Shown piece after piece: positions 44,379 to 53,607 of a stretch of 64,000 bases of DNA. Source of the stretch: Klebsiella phage vB_KpM_FBKp24. The stretch lies in sequence record MW394391.1. The stretch is one strand, 5' to 3'. Every line of letters starts with the position of its first letter. The stretch's first letter is position 1. The notes under the pieces were generated by a model. That model was not told where the DNA came from, did no database searches, and worked only from the letters and a program-made list of their open reading frames with translations. The position numbers were made by a program, and so were the translations under genes.

Positions 44379-45014
44379 TCAGTATAAGTTTTCTGAGTAC
44401 AACTCGTCGTTAATGATAACAACATCGGGGCGCGTTGCGTTAATCTGCCCAGCGTGTTTCGCGATGATAAAGGCGTCTTCGCGATTCCAATAACGATCCC
44501 ATTGGTCGATAAAGCCTTGTCCTTCACCGTGCGGGAATTTAATCTCCGGTTCACCTGCTAGTTTCCGCAGACGCTTTATTTCGTCACCGATAAGGTGTTG
44601 AAGATTACTACCGTGGCGAGCGGAAGGGATAACGAGTTTTTCAACAGGTTTCATTCCACGTCCTTCCTGTAGAACTTCCCGCGTATTTACCTCACCCCAG
44701 ACATTAGCGGCAGAGACAATCCGAACCTGAACAAAAACCCCGGGTGAAGGTTCATGGACGCAGATCGCAGGAAGAGCAGATCTTTGTTCTTCCGATAGTA
44801 CCTCATTACCAGAATAACCTTTCTCTTTACGGAAATGAGATTCCGCAGTCTGTACTGAGGCTAGAATATCCTTTGCGAACGCTCGCGCTTCTTCGATGGT
44901 ATAATCCCGACCGTTCAGAAGCCCGCCAACATTAATGACTTTGTCCTCTTCAGTATCGTAATCGCGTACCGTTACTGAAGAGTAATCTCCCCGATGAGAA
45001 AGGTGAATGGTCAT
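44379..45014 (-). CDS. hypothetical protein (211 aa)
   Basis: ORF ending just before terminator 44333-44375. Confidence 0.5.
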   Translation of the reverse strand: MTIHLSHRGDYSSVTVRDYDTEEDKVINVGGLLNGRDYTIEEARAFAKDILASVQTAESHFRKEKGYSGNEVLSEEQRSALPAICVHEPSPGVFVQVRIVSAANVWGEVNTREVLQEGRGMKPVEKLVIPSARHGSNLQHLIGDEIKRLRKLAGEPEIKFPHGEGQGFIDQWDRYWNREDAFIIAKHAGQINATRPDVVIINDELYSENLY

Positions 45015-45304
45015 TTTTTATTTACCTCGCGGGTCAGTTGCCGAAAACTGAGTCTTTGCCCCAGTTTGATCGTACGGATGGGGAGTTCGATCGAACCGCA
45101 GGCGTTAGCCACAATCGTTCCCGTTGGTGTCCCTACGACCGCGGTGAACTCATCGGGTTCTTTTTCGATTAAGTTAGATGCGGCCAAAAAGAGTGCGTCA
45201 TTGCTCGCCATCAGGCGCAATTCGGACTCATTAATGATATCGCCGATATACGGATATTTTGTGTCCCCAATCGGCTGAGTTTTACTGACCTTTTTAGCGA
45301 TCAT
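45011..45304 (-). CDS. hypothetical protein (97 aa)
   Basis: ORF with 4-nt overlaps on both sides. Confidence 0.45.
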   Translation of the reverse strand: MIAKKVSKTQPIGDTKYPYIGDIINESELRLMASNDALFLAASNLIEKEPDEFTAVVGTPTGTIVANACGSIELPIRTIKLGQRLSFRQLTREVNKK

Positions 45305-45735
45305 TCTTTACCTCCGTCAATGACAGAGAACGGATTGGCTTTTTTCATCGGGGTAACGTTGTCCGTCGAAGTTACTGGATCAACTTCTTCTTTCCCTGTG
45401 ATCACAGGGTACGGCAGCGCTAAATTCTGGTCGCTGGTATCCGGGTTGAGGACAACGCGTACTTTATCCCATGAAAAGGTGTCGCTGGCTAATTTACCGC
45501 CGAATCGACCCTCGAAAAACAACCCTTCATCAAAAGATTGTAGCTGGCAGGAATGCGGAGAAATGTTGAGTACTAAATACTCGTACCCCTCGACGTCGGG
45601 TGTGGGTTTAATAAAGCTCCGTAAAATGGGGTTAGTACTGATACATTTACCATTAAGGGCAATAAAAATTCGGTTCCCTTGATCACAGTGCCATTTATAA
45701 GCTGCGTCGAAAAGTGCTTTGTTCAGTGAGGACAT
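45301..45735 (-). CDS. SspB-like protein (putative ClpX adaptor homolog, 144 aa)
   Basis: KALFDAAYKWHCDQGNRIFIAL, YLVLNISPHSCQ...FEGRFGGK and C-terminal SVIDGGKE parallel E. coli SspB (AFYEWLLDN..., IVLNIAPRAV...FNARFGGI, SVIDGDKP). Confidence 0.5.
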   Translation of the reverse strand: MSSLNKALFDAAYKWHCDQGNRIFIALNGKCISTNPILRSFIKPTPDVEGYEYLVLNISPHSCQLQSFDEGLFFEGRFGGKLASDTFSWDKVRVVLNPDTSDQNLALPYPVITGKEEVDPVTSTDNVTPMKKANPFSVIDGGKE

Positions 45736-45759
45736 TTGATTCTCCTTGGATTGGTTTCA

Positions 45760-46275
45760 TTAGGGTGATATAGTCTTCAAAATGCTTCGAGTTTCTTCCC
45801 AGAATTGGACTAACCATTCCCCACTCTTAGGCGTCACTACTTTGACGTTGTCTTCCCAAACCCTCGCGCCCTTCTCCATTCGCCAGTCCCCAAAAACGTA
45901 GTAGTGCGTAAAGGGTAATTCTGACGCAATAAGCGCGTTGTATTGGTGGCGGTAAGCGTTGAGTTTTGCGAGATTGGCAGATTTAATAATCGAGAGAAAA
46001 TCTGGGTGCTGAATAATCTCTAATTTCTTACCGAACGCTTTGGCTTCATTCCCCCACAATCCGCGAAGGTATTGATGTTTGAAGCCTGTTTTCGCGTAGT
46101 ACCAAAACCCCTCCATACTTTCAAAGTTTCCGTATTCGGGATGCTCAAATGGCGTGCGAGGAAAATGCGAAAGAAAGAAGCCCAGTCGGTTCTTTGACTT
46201 GGAATAAATGTTGATGTGGTCGATGCCATCATTGTTTGGGTCGAAAGTCATCAGGTGCCACCTTATTGTACGCAT
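45760..46275 (-). CDS. NADAR (YbiA/DUF1768)-like protein (171 aa)
   Basis: INIYSKS...GFFLSHFPRTPFEHPEYGNFESMEGFWYYAKTGF resembles the NADAR core of E. coli YbiA (INFYS..GDFSNF...WPTSEHYFQAQKF). Confidence 0.5.
   Translation of the reverse strand: MRTIRWHLMTFDPNNDGIDHINIYSKSKNRLGFFLSHFPRTPFEHPEYGNFESMEGFWYYAKTGFKHQYLRGLWGNEAKAFGKKLEIIQHPDFLSIIKSANLAKLNAYRHQYNALIASELPFTHYYVFGDWRMEKGARVWEDNVKVVTPKSGEWLVQFWEETRSILKTISP
45765..45790 (-). promoter_or_regulatory. recurrent promoter-like motif (minus: CGAAGCATTTTGAAGACTATATCACC)
   Basis: About 35 nt upstream of the SspB-like gene; embedded in the last codons of the NADAR-like gene. Confidence 0.5.
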
Positions 46276-46507
46276 AAGTTTTACGGAGGATATACTTTCT
46301 CATCGGTCCCCAATAATTATTTTCGATGCGATAGATTAAGTGTAATTGTTTGATGTTATAATCGAACCACCTCTCCGCTGTATCAAGAAATAAAAGAATA
46401 GGAGACATTAATTTACGCGCTTTAATAATTTTTCTTTTACTTGTCCACGTGACTTTAACCAAGACCTGGCTCAATAATGCATTCAAATCACTGTTGTCTA
46501 TCGCCAT
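46229..46507 (-). CDS. hypothetical protein (92 aa)
   Basis: ORF in gene train. Confidence 0.4.
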   Translation of the reverse strand: MAIDNSDLNALLSQVLVKVTWTSKRKIIKARKLMSPILLFLDTAERWFDYNIKQLHLIYRIENNYWGPMRKYILRKTYAYNKVAPDDFRPKQ

Positions 46508-46508
46508 T

Positions 46509-46736
46509 TCAGAACCCCGGGGTTGATATCCAAAACCAAACTTCTTCGTAAATACGAAAAAACGTTGGCCACAAGAGTAGAGCTGTTCCCACTACGCATA
46601 CGAGATTGATTATTTTCTTCTTTAGGGGTAATGGCCGAAATAAATCAACAATAGAGAACACCACCATAAGGGCAAAAATTAACGCAACAAAAAGTAAAAT
46701 CCACTCTCCAAAAATATTTTGCGGGTAAAGGTTCAT
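46509..46736 (-). CDS. small membrane protein (75 aa)
   Basis: Two hydrophobic helices. Confidence 0.4.
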   Translation of the reverse strand: MNLYPQNIFGEWILLFVALIFALMVVFSIVDLFRPLPLKKKIINLVCVVGTALLLWPTFFRIYEEVWFWISTPGF

Positions 46737-46746
46737 TTCTCTTTCC

Positions 46747-47154
46747 TTATCGCCAGTAAATGATCAGGTACCCTATTAGCGCTAGCGCTGTAATAGTAGA
46801 GGCTATGAACCTTTCATTACGCAAAAAACCACCTTTTGTTTTTACCGCTGAAAAGGGCGGTTTCCCCTCGTTGAGCCGTGTCACGATTGTCTCTACTTCG
46901 TGATAGTAGTTTTCATACCGTTCAGAGATCCCCTTCTCATCGTAGAGTAAGTCATCCATTTTATACCTTAACGGTAGAAAGTTACGTGACAGAATATAAC
47001 CGTCATTATCTTTTATTATCGCCCACTTCGGTTCAATGGAAGAACTGGTACGCGGGAACAGTTTAATATCAGGGTTTCGTTTTGTTGCGACGACATAAAA
47101 CTTAGGTTCTTTACTCTCCGTTATCTTTATATCCCCGCCAATTATTTCCACCAT
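46747..47154 (-). CDS. C-terminally membrane-anchored protein (135 aa), paralog of the next gene
   Basis: C-terminal helix ASTITALALIGYLIIYW; shares the P.FY ... G..IS.N.LPL.Y pattern with ORF 47142..47570. Confidence 0.45.
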   Translation of the reverse strand: MVEIIGGDIKITESKEPKFYVVATKRNPDIKLFPRTSSSIEPKWAIIKDNDGYILSRNFLPLRYKMDDLLYDEKGISERYENYYHEVETIVTRLNEGKPPFSAVKTKGGFLRNERFIASTITALALIGYLIIYWR

Positions 47155-47570
47155 ACTGTTATCCCCTGATGAATGAGAAAACCGACAGAAAAAAGAAAAC
47201 CCGCCGATAACATTCCCGCCACGACTTGTAATACCGGGTTTTGATTGAAAACTGCTTTAGCTTGATTCCATCGGGTGTTACCAAAGCCTATTTCAAAGCC
47301 AGCAATTACACGCTCATTTAAACGATTTGCTTCTTTTTCTGCACCTTCTTTAAAATGGTAAGCGAATAACTCATGGCACCCAAGCGCATCGACCATCTTT
47401 CCGTTATTTCCCGGATAGCACAAGGGAAGTTCATTGGAGGAAATAGGCGTACCGTTAATGTTCACGACAATCCAACTTCCCCGCGCTTCTGGGTGCTCAA
47501 TCACCCGAAAGAATTTTCTTTCGATATAATAAAACTGAGGGCCCGAAGGCCCTCTTTTATTTTTTGCCAA
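47142..47570 (-). CDS. C-terminally membrane-anchored protein (start uncertain; TTG in track), paralog of the previous gene
   Basis: C-terminal helix VVAGMLSAGFLFSVGFLI; the 5' end as called contains hairpin 47538-47555. Confidence 0.45.
   Translation of the reverse strand: MAKNKRGPSGPQFYYIERKFFRVIEHPEARGSWIVVNINGTPISSNELPLCYPGNNGKMVDALGCHELFAYHFKEGAEKEANRLNERVIAGFEIGFGNTRWNQAKAVFNQNPVLQVVAGMLSAGFLFSVGFLIHQGITVWWK
47528..47566. terminator. hairpin with UUCG loop after dut; U/A tracts on both sides
   Basis: gagggcc-cgaa-ggccctc; on the minus strand it sits inside the called 5' end of ORF 47142..47570. Confidence 0.45.
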
Positions 47571-47588
47571 AGGACAATCCCCTTTAGA

Positions 47589-48178
47589 TTACTTGACGCC
47601 AGAGGAACCCCAGCCGCTATCGCCGCGTTCAGAAGACGCGCTGAAAGACTTGACCTCTTTCAGCGCCAGATGCCATACAGGGACGACAACGAGCTGGCTG
47701 ATACGATCGCCCGGGTTGACGGTGAACGGAACGTCAGAGCGGTTCCAGAGCGGTATACCGATGGTTCCGGTGTAGTCACTGTCAATGACCCCGGTCAGGT
47801 TTCCGAGAACGATGCCGTTTTTGTACCCTAACCCAGAGCGCGGATGAGTATTCAGCATGAAGTTCGGGTTATTCAGGTGAATGGCCACACCGGAGGAGAT
47901 CATCTTACATTCGCCCGGGTTCAGTACCACTGGTGCATCGATGGCTGCGCGCAGATCGACTGCCGCAGAACCGGGGGTGGCGTAATCCAGTTTACCCCAT
48001 TCGTTTTCGTAACGCGGGTCATGGTAGATGATTTCAGCGGCAACGAAATTGCGCGGATCGAGTTCCCCGAGACGGACACGCTGGACTGCGTCGACAATGT
48101 TTTCTAATTGGGAGTGATGTACAATCCCGCCCGCGTCGGTATGAAAGTAACGCAGGACTTCATTTGGTTCAGACATGT
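47589..48178 (-). CDS. dut: dUTP diphosphatase (dUTPase), about 196 aa from Met MSEPNEV
   Basis: dUTPase motifs GSAAVDLRA, RSGLGYKNGIVLGN, GVIDSDYTG, GDRISQLVV, RGDSGWGSSG; the track start is a TTG further upstream. Confidence 0.9.
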
Positions 48179-48229
48179 TAAACTCTCTTAGATTGTTGCG
48201 GTGATTATTCAAACAAAGTCTCCCTACCG

Positions 48230-48268
48230 TTGAAAAATATAGCCGGGAGAGGGAATTACCCCTCTCCC
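48230..48268 (-). terminator. intrinsic terminator hairpin after tailspike gene
   Basis: gggagagggaa-tt-acccctctccc stem-loop followed by a U/A-rich tract. Confidence 0.65.
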
Positions 48269-48275
48269 TAAACTA

Positions 48276-50345
48276 CTATACGGTTTCGTAGTCGGTAATC
48301 TGACGACTGGTGTAAATGAACTTATACGGGTTGGGTTTGCTGTATTGTGCCACCGCCCCGACGGGGGTGTTGTACAGCTGAATTTCCCCAGAGCCGTATG
48401 ACGCGAAGGTTAACTTAGTGCCATTATCACTGGAACAACTGTAGAAGAACGACACTCCGCGTCCGTAGACGTTATTACCCACGGTGTCTTTACCGATGGC
48501 GTAAAGCGCGCCGCGAACGGTGTCGGTTACCTGGTTGCCACTCACCACGGATTCAAAATGAGCGACGTAAGTGTCCAGGCCGTACTCCTCGATCGGATAC
48601 CCGTCAACATTACGGTATGTAGACTGGAAACGAATCCCTGTGACGCCGGTAGTGACAAGAGAACCACGTTTGGCGCCCGTACCGTTACCAAAGTGATTTT
48701 CTATCGTACAACCAACCTCGAGGAATGTCCCTTTGACGCCTAACGAAATAGTTTGCCGATCCGCGCTGTGATGAGTCCCGTAAGTAAACCCATTGGCAAA
48801 TTTACAGTTTTGCACGAAGACTTCCGCGCCGTGGTTATTTAAGCACGCGCTGCCACAGGTTCCGGTAACGTTAATCCCTTTTGCCCAGAGTGATGGTTTC
48901 GCGTTCAGAATAATACTTTCCGCGCCGACCCCTATGTCAGTGTCGTTTATCGCAATGTTCTCAAGGTAAACACAACTGTTCCCGGTGACGTTCAACCCGC
49001 TCCCGGTCGCCACCACTTTAAGGTCGCTATCAGGTTTACGACTGTTCGATGTCTGTACCAGTATCGCAGACGAGGTAACACAGTAAGACCCCGGCGTAGC
49101 GACAACGGTACTTGGGCCATCAACCAAGGTTAACCGTTTAGGGAGTCCTTTGTCATCTAATACCCCGTAGTCAAGAACTCCGGCGACTGACAAATCGCTA
49201 GACAAGTACTGATAAACGGTGGTGCTATCGGAATACAGTGACCAGTTAGTGATCGAGAGATTACCCGTCAAGATAGGTTTGGTTGTCCCTTCACCGATAA
49301 TTGTCAGCGTTCGGTCAGCAATCGTTTTTCGTACGAAAAGCGAGGTAGTGTCTTTAATGATAATTGTACTGGCAGCCGGGGATTTATCCAGTGCCCCGTT
49401 AAGTGTTTTCAGCGGAGCAGAAGAAGTCCCCTCGTTATTGTCTGCGCCTAAATTGCCGTCGACATAGTAGGTGACACCAAACGGATAAAACCATTCTGCC
49501 AGATCCAGATCGGTACTGAATCGCATTAAACCTTGGGATAACGCCCCAGTGTATTGGAACTTATCCTTGAGCGAATCAAATACCGCGGGAAGTTTCGGAA
49601 CGCTGTTTAAACAATTGTTCGCGTTATCATACGAGGTTTCGTAAGACGGTCCCGTTAGTTCCAGTAATTGGCCGCTTCGGAATCGCGCGACGGTTGTTTC
49701 TGCTGTTAGTGCCGCAGACGTCAACGATTGAGTGCTGTCATTCCCCAGAACGATCCCGGTGTGACTAGCGGTAGGCAGGAAAGAGCCCTGTTTGCCCACC
49801 ACAAAATTCTCACCATTGATGCGACTCTTACCTGAAAGAGTAAAAGTTTTTCCATCGGACTGGTAGAGTTGATACGATGATCTTACCCAGTCGCGTATGG
49901 TGGACTCTTGTCCGAAGTACACTTCTAAAGATCCTGTGTACATCAATGAGGTTGAAACGGTTTTGACCGTGTATACCCCAATCGTGGTGGTAAGCGCGGT
50001 GGGATTGAAAGATTCACGTAAGATATCCGTCATGTCTAACTGAAGACCGTAATAACTATTCAGTCGATTGACGATATCCTCTGTGGTGAGTATCCCGGCG
50101 GTAGACATGAACACAATGGGCTCTGGAATGACTTTCGACAACGGCACTCGATTGTATTCGAAGATAGCCGAATCGCGATAATCTCCGCTGTCCGTTGCCA
50201 CGGCAGTGATGCGCGTATTAAACTCTCCACCTGTGATGGCAGTGAGGTTGATGAACTCCAGATCAGAGTCTTTGAAAAACGCGTCGTATTGCGTATTGAG
50301 CTGGCGTATCAGGAGCGCTTTGCTCTTTAAGGAAAAGTCGGTCAT
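48276..50345 (-). CDS. tailspike or tail-fibre protein, beta-helix type (689 aa)
   Basis: Large Thr/Ser/Gly/Asn-rich protein with repetitive short beta-strand periodicity; paralogous to the next gene (shared ...SYDN... and C-terminal ..PY.FIYT.. segments). Confidence 0.65.
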   Translation of the reverse strand: MTDFSLKSKALLIRQLNTQYDAFFKDSDLEFINLTAITGGEFNTRITAVATDSGDYRDSAIFEYNRVPLSKVIPEPIVFMSTAGILTTEDIVNRLNSYYGLQLDMTDILRESFNPTALTTTIGVYTVKTVSTSLMYTGSLEVYFGQESTIRDWVRSSYQLYQSDGKTFTLSGKSRINGENFVVGKQGSFLPTASHTGIVLGNDSTQSLTSAALTAETTVARFRSGQLLELTGPSYETSYDNANNCLNSVPKLPAVFDSLKDKFQYTGALSQGLMRFSTDLDLAEWFYPFGVTYYVDGNLGADNNEGTSSAPLKTLNGALDKSPAASTIIIKDTTSLFVRKTIADRTLTIIGEGTTKPILTGNLSITNWSLYSDSTTVYQYLSSDLSVAGVLDYGVLDDKGLPKRLTLVDGPSTVVATPGSYCVTSSAILVQTSNSRKPDSDLKVVATGSGLNVTGNSCVYLENIAINDTDIGVGAESIILNAKPSLWAKGINVTGTCGSACLNNHGAEVFVQNCKFANGFTYGTHHSADRQTISLGVKGTFLEVGCTIENHFGNGTGAKRGSLVTTGVTGIRFQSTYRNVDGYPIEEYGLDTYVAHFESVVSGNQVTDTVRGALYAIGKDTVGNNVYGRGVSFFYSCSSDNGTKLTFASYGSGEIQLYNTPVGAVAQYSKPNPYKFIYTSRQITDYETV

Positions 50346-50360
50346 TTTAAAATGCCCCTG

Positions 50361-52400
50361 TTAAGCGGTATAAATAAACTGGTACGGCGTCAATACTTGC
50401 GTGGCCGGTTTCGATCCAATATCCGTGTCGAACAATGCAATCTTCCCTACCGAATTCGGTGTAAAGGAAAACGCGCTGTTGTCAGTTTTACAACTCCAGT
50501 ATTGTGCTGCTGCGCTATTAAGAGAGTTTGTCCCTACGCAGTAGTGCGAAAGGTTACCGAGTGTGTTCGTTACAGAAGTAGACTGGCACGCGATGTTAAG
50601 AGAGAACGTCCCTTCCCCGGAGTCACTGACATGATTACCGTCACAGGCGGTGTACGTCGAATTAATACGGAGGATTGTCCCGTAAGAAGCCAAACGCGAT
50701 GCTGAGGACGTATGATTTCCATCAAAGCCGCAATAGCTGACAGTAGCACGATTCTCAATAACCCAGTACTTAACATTCATGGACGGGAGTACACGGTCGG
50801 TAGAATAACGGAAACCACCGGCGAAACCAAACTGAGCGATGCAATTCTGATGCGCGACGTTATAACCATAACTCCCGAAAGACGGGTCTTTAAATGTCCA
50901 CCCAAAGGTGCACTGCGACATGTAAAGATAGCCGTATGCGCGAGGGACGGTCATGTCCGCAATGAAACCGTTGTAGGAGAGATCGAAGTTACATTTCTCC
51001 ATAAACACATTGGCACTATCAGCGACCGAACCCGACAGAGTTTTAGCAATCAGGTAAACATTCGTATCCGGCTTACGATTATCCGAGAGATGGACATAAA
51101 CTCGACCGTTGGTATTGTCAACGTAGAAAGAGTGCGGAGTATTCGCGCAATCCACCGCGGATGTTTTTGCTAATAGTCTCCCGTACCCGGTAACCGAAGA
51201 AACTGTTTTATCTACCAACGTGGCAATGTCAGTCGCTGACGTATACCAGGTATTCGCATCGTAACCCGACCAGTTAGTGGTTTGGCGACTGGAGGTAAAG
51301 ACAGGATTACTGTCTCCGTAGCCTACGATATCCACTGTCCGGTTACGGATTGTTTGCGTCCAACCTGAATCGGCGTCGTAGTAGGCATCGCTATAACCCT
51401 TAACACGAATCACGCGGGCGGCGGGTAACGCATTGAGCGCACGTTTAAATGTTTTAAACGCCGTCGCTGCGGTTGTACCGTCGTTAGTATCTACGCCGGT
51501 TTTGATATCGACATAATAGACAGTGCCTGTCGCGGCGCGTTTGGTTGTAACATCAAAAGTGAGGTTGTAGCTCAAAACACCCGCATTCAGTGACGCAGTG
51601 ATTCCTAAAGTTTCCGGGATCGCAGAAAGTTGAGATGGCACTACTGGCATTTTGGGCAATAGCGCGCCGGTATTATCGTAAGACGTTTCCCCATTTAATC
51701 CCAGTATCTCCACTAAACGGTTATTCCGAAAACGCGCTAAGAGTTTATTCGTCGTGCTTTTATAACTGTTACTCGGAATGACTTTACCGGTCGGTGACAA
51801 ATACAACGCAGTGATGCCGTTTCGTTGTGCAAGGCTTCTGGAGACATCGACAACTGTCTGGCCGTTAATTGTCCAGTGACCGCCCATGTAATTGATAGTA
51901 CTGTAATCCGCCGCGACCATAAATTGCAACGCATTAAAGTAACTATATACCGCGTCTTGCGTACCCAGATAGATAGTTACGTCACCCGTATAAACCAGAT
52001 GGTTATCAGCAATGCTAAGTGTAATTTTCCGTACACCAGGGGCCACGTCATCCGGGCGATAAGGACCGTCAACAATGTCAGTGCTGGTCAACGCCAGTTC
52101 ATATTTTTGGTTGATGTAAGGAATAAGGTCAACGAGACGTGAAAGCGCGAGGTCTTCCAATTGGCAATACGGTCGCGCTAAAAGCTTCTTGAAGCTCAGG
52201 CGGTTATATTGTACAGCAACCCCTAAGGATTGCAAAGAAGAACCGTTGGAGAGCGTTATGGAAGTATTCAGTCCATTAATCACGGTTGTGTTAGTAGCGG
52301 GCGTCCCTAACGAGATTGTGGAGATCGTATAGTTCGTACCGTTCGCTTCATTAATCAGATCGATCGCGATCTGTTTTGGGGTCTGTTTCAGATCAACCAT
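50361..52400 (-). CDS. tailspike or tail-fibre protein, beta-helix type (679 aa)
   Basis: Paralog of 48276..50345. Confidence 0.65.
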   Translation of the reverse strand: MVDLKQTPKQIAIDLINEANGTNYTISTISLGTPATNTTVINGLNTSITLSNGSSLQSLGVAVQYNRLSFKKLLARPYCQLEDLALSRLVDLIPYINQKYELALTSTDIVDGPYRPDDVAPGVRKITLSIADNHLVYTGDVTIYLGTQDAVYSYFNALQFMVAADYSTINYMGGHWTINGQTVVDVSRSLAQRNGITALYLSPTGKVIPSNSYKSTTNKLLARFRNNRLVEILGLNGETSYDNTGALLPKMPVVPSQLSAIPETLGITASLNAGVLSYNLTFDVTTKRAATGTVYYVDIKTGVDTNDGTTAATAFKTFKRALNALPAARVIRVKGYSDAYYDADSGWTQTIRNRTVDIVGYGDSNPVFTSSRQTTNWSGYDANTWYTSATDIATLVDKTVSSVTGYGRLLAKTSAVDCANTPHSFYVDNTNGRVYVHLSDNRKPDTNVYLIAKTLSGSVADSANVFMEKCNFDLSYNGFIADMTVPRAYGYLYMSQCTFGWTFKDPSFGSYGYNVAHQNCIAQFGFAGGFRYSTDRVLPSMNVKYWVIENRATVSYCGFDGNHTSSASRLASYGTILRINSTYTACDGNHVSDSGEGTFSLNIACQSTSVTNTLGNLSHYCVGTNSLNSAAAQYWSCKTDNSAFSFTPNSVGKIALFDTDIGSKPATQVLTPYQFIYTA

Positions 52401-52479
52401 TTCAATTCTTCCCTCAATTTACGGGGCGTGAGAAGTGCATTCATAGAAAGGTTTTAGGGGTAAAAAGAAAAAATGGCGA

Positions 52480-52522
52480 CAGGTGAAAATAAGGAGAAGA
52501 GAGCAAAAGCTCTCTTCTCCTT
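52480..52522 (-). terminator. intrinsic terminator hairpin
   Basis: aaggagaagagagc-aaaa-gctctcttctcctt stem-loop followed by a U-rich tract on the minus transcript. Confidence 0.65.
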
Positions 52523-52531
52523 TAATTTACA

Positions 52532-52933
52532 TTATTCGTCGTCTTCGAAGTCTTCCGGTCCAGATTGGTAGTCGTCGTCTTCGTCGTCTTCGTCAAAATC
52601 ATCGAGGTCTTCTTCATCGAGAAGATCCGGATCGGTCTCTTCGAGGTACCAGTCGTTATCGGCCAGTAACGCATTGAAAGAATCGCTACCCGCTTCGATT
52701 AACGCTTCGGTGACGGCCCCGGAATCGTTTTCGGTAACACTCACAACGGTGAGGTCTTCCCCGTCAACGCTTTTGTCGGCGACGTCCGGTTTGTACAACT
52801 CGAATCCTATCTGAGTGTTAACTGTTTCCAACGTCTCAGAAAGATCCAGCGGATCGACGGGTCGGCCATTTTTATCAGTGACTTCGAACGTTTCTTCTTC
52901 GGTATTGAATTTCAGGATTGTGCGGTGGGTCAT
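52532..52933 (-). CDS. highly acidic small protein (133 aa), candidate DNA mimic
   Basis: Asp/Glu-dominated throughout; C-terminus DLLDEEDLDDFDEDDEDDDYQSGPEDFEDDE. Confidence 0.5.
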   Translation of the reverse strand: MTHRTILKFNTEEETFEVTDKNGRPVDPLDLSETLETVNTQIGFELYKPDVADKSVDGEDLTVVSVTENDSGAVTEALIEAGSDSFNALLADNDWYLEETDPDLLDEEDLDDFDEDDEDDDYQSGPEDFEDDE

Positions 52934-53259
52934 TTCCAGTCCTCTTGTTTACGTTTAAGGAAAAGTGCATCGATTACCTTGAGATCAATGGCGATCACTT
53001 CGGTATCGGCATGGGGTTGTAAAAAGTAAAGCGATAGGGTTTCGGTGTCCGTCAATTTTCCAACGACATTAAAAAGAACACCATTAACCATTCCACTAAC
53101 GCCGGTTTTCAGGTTTAGGGCAACGATTAATTGTCGTCCTAATAGGTCACAATTATTTCCAGGGTATTCATTTTTTAACTTAAATAAAACACGGGAAATC
53201 TTTTCTTGCCATTTCGGGATGACAAGCTGTAAGAGTTCGGTTCGAGTGAGAGCTAACAT
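52930..53259 (-). CDS. hypothetical protein (109 aa)
   Basis: ORF, ATGA overlap with the acidic protein gene. Confidence 0.45.
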   Translation of the reverse strand: MLALTRTELLQLVIPKWQEKISRVLFKLKNEYPGNNCDLLGRQLIVALNLKTGVSGMVNGVLFNVVGKLTDTETLSLYFLQPHADTEVIAIDLKVIDALFLKRKQEDWK

Positions 53260-53373
53260 ATTTTTACCTGGTGTGATTTTTCTTCATAATAACTTTGCGT
53301 TATTTTTGATGTTTTTAGGTCGGGAAAAAATGAAGGGTTATTGGTATGTGAACACCAAAAACTAACAAGGTAA

Positions 53374-53595
53374 ATGACAAAGATGAGTCTCGCAATTATT
53401 CCTACTACAGCACAAAAGATCGTGGAAATTACTCGTAGCAAAATCGACCCAAATGCAGTAACGCTAATTTTTGAAGACGGTAAAGACGAAACCTTTTTGG
53501 ACTGGTTTGTTCAGAAACACAAACCCGCAGTAGGTCGTTTCTTGGCGAAAGATGTGGAAGGATTTACGCACGTCATCGACAGTATTGAAGCTTAA
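53374..53595 (+). CDS. small plus-strand protein (70-73 aa)
   Basis: Only plausible ORF in a 340-nt stretch with no minus ORF; AAGG ribosome-binding site before the second ATG; followed by bidirectional hairpin 53608-53637. Confidence 0.45.
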   Translation: MTKMSLAIIPTTAQKIVEITRSKIDPNAVTLIFEDGKDETFLDWFVQKHKPAVGRFLAKDVEGFTHVIDSIEA

Positions 53596-53607
53596 AACAA
53601 GATACAG

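Noticed and set aside
44189-44554. Track ORF 44189..44554 (121 aa, minus)
   Set aside because: It would read straight through a strong intrinsic terminator hairpin (44333-44375) and overlaps the 3' end of 44379..45014. Only its last 41 codons, which have their own GGAGGTG ribosome-binding site, are retained as a small membrane-peptide gene.
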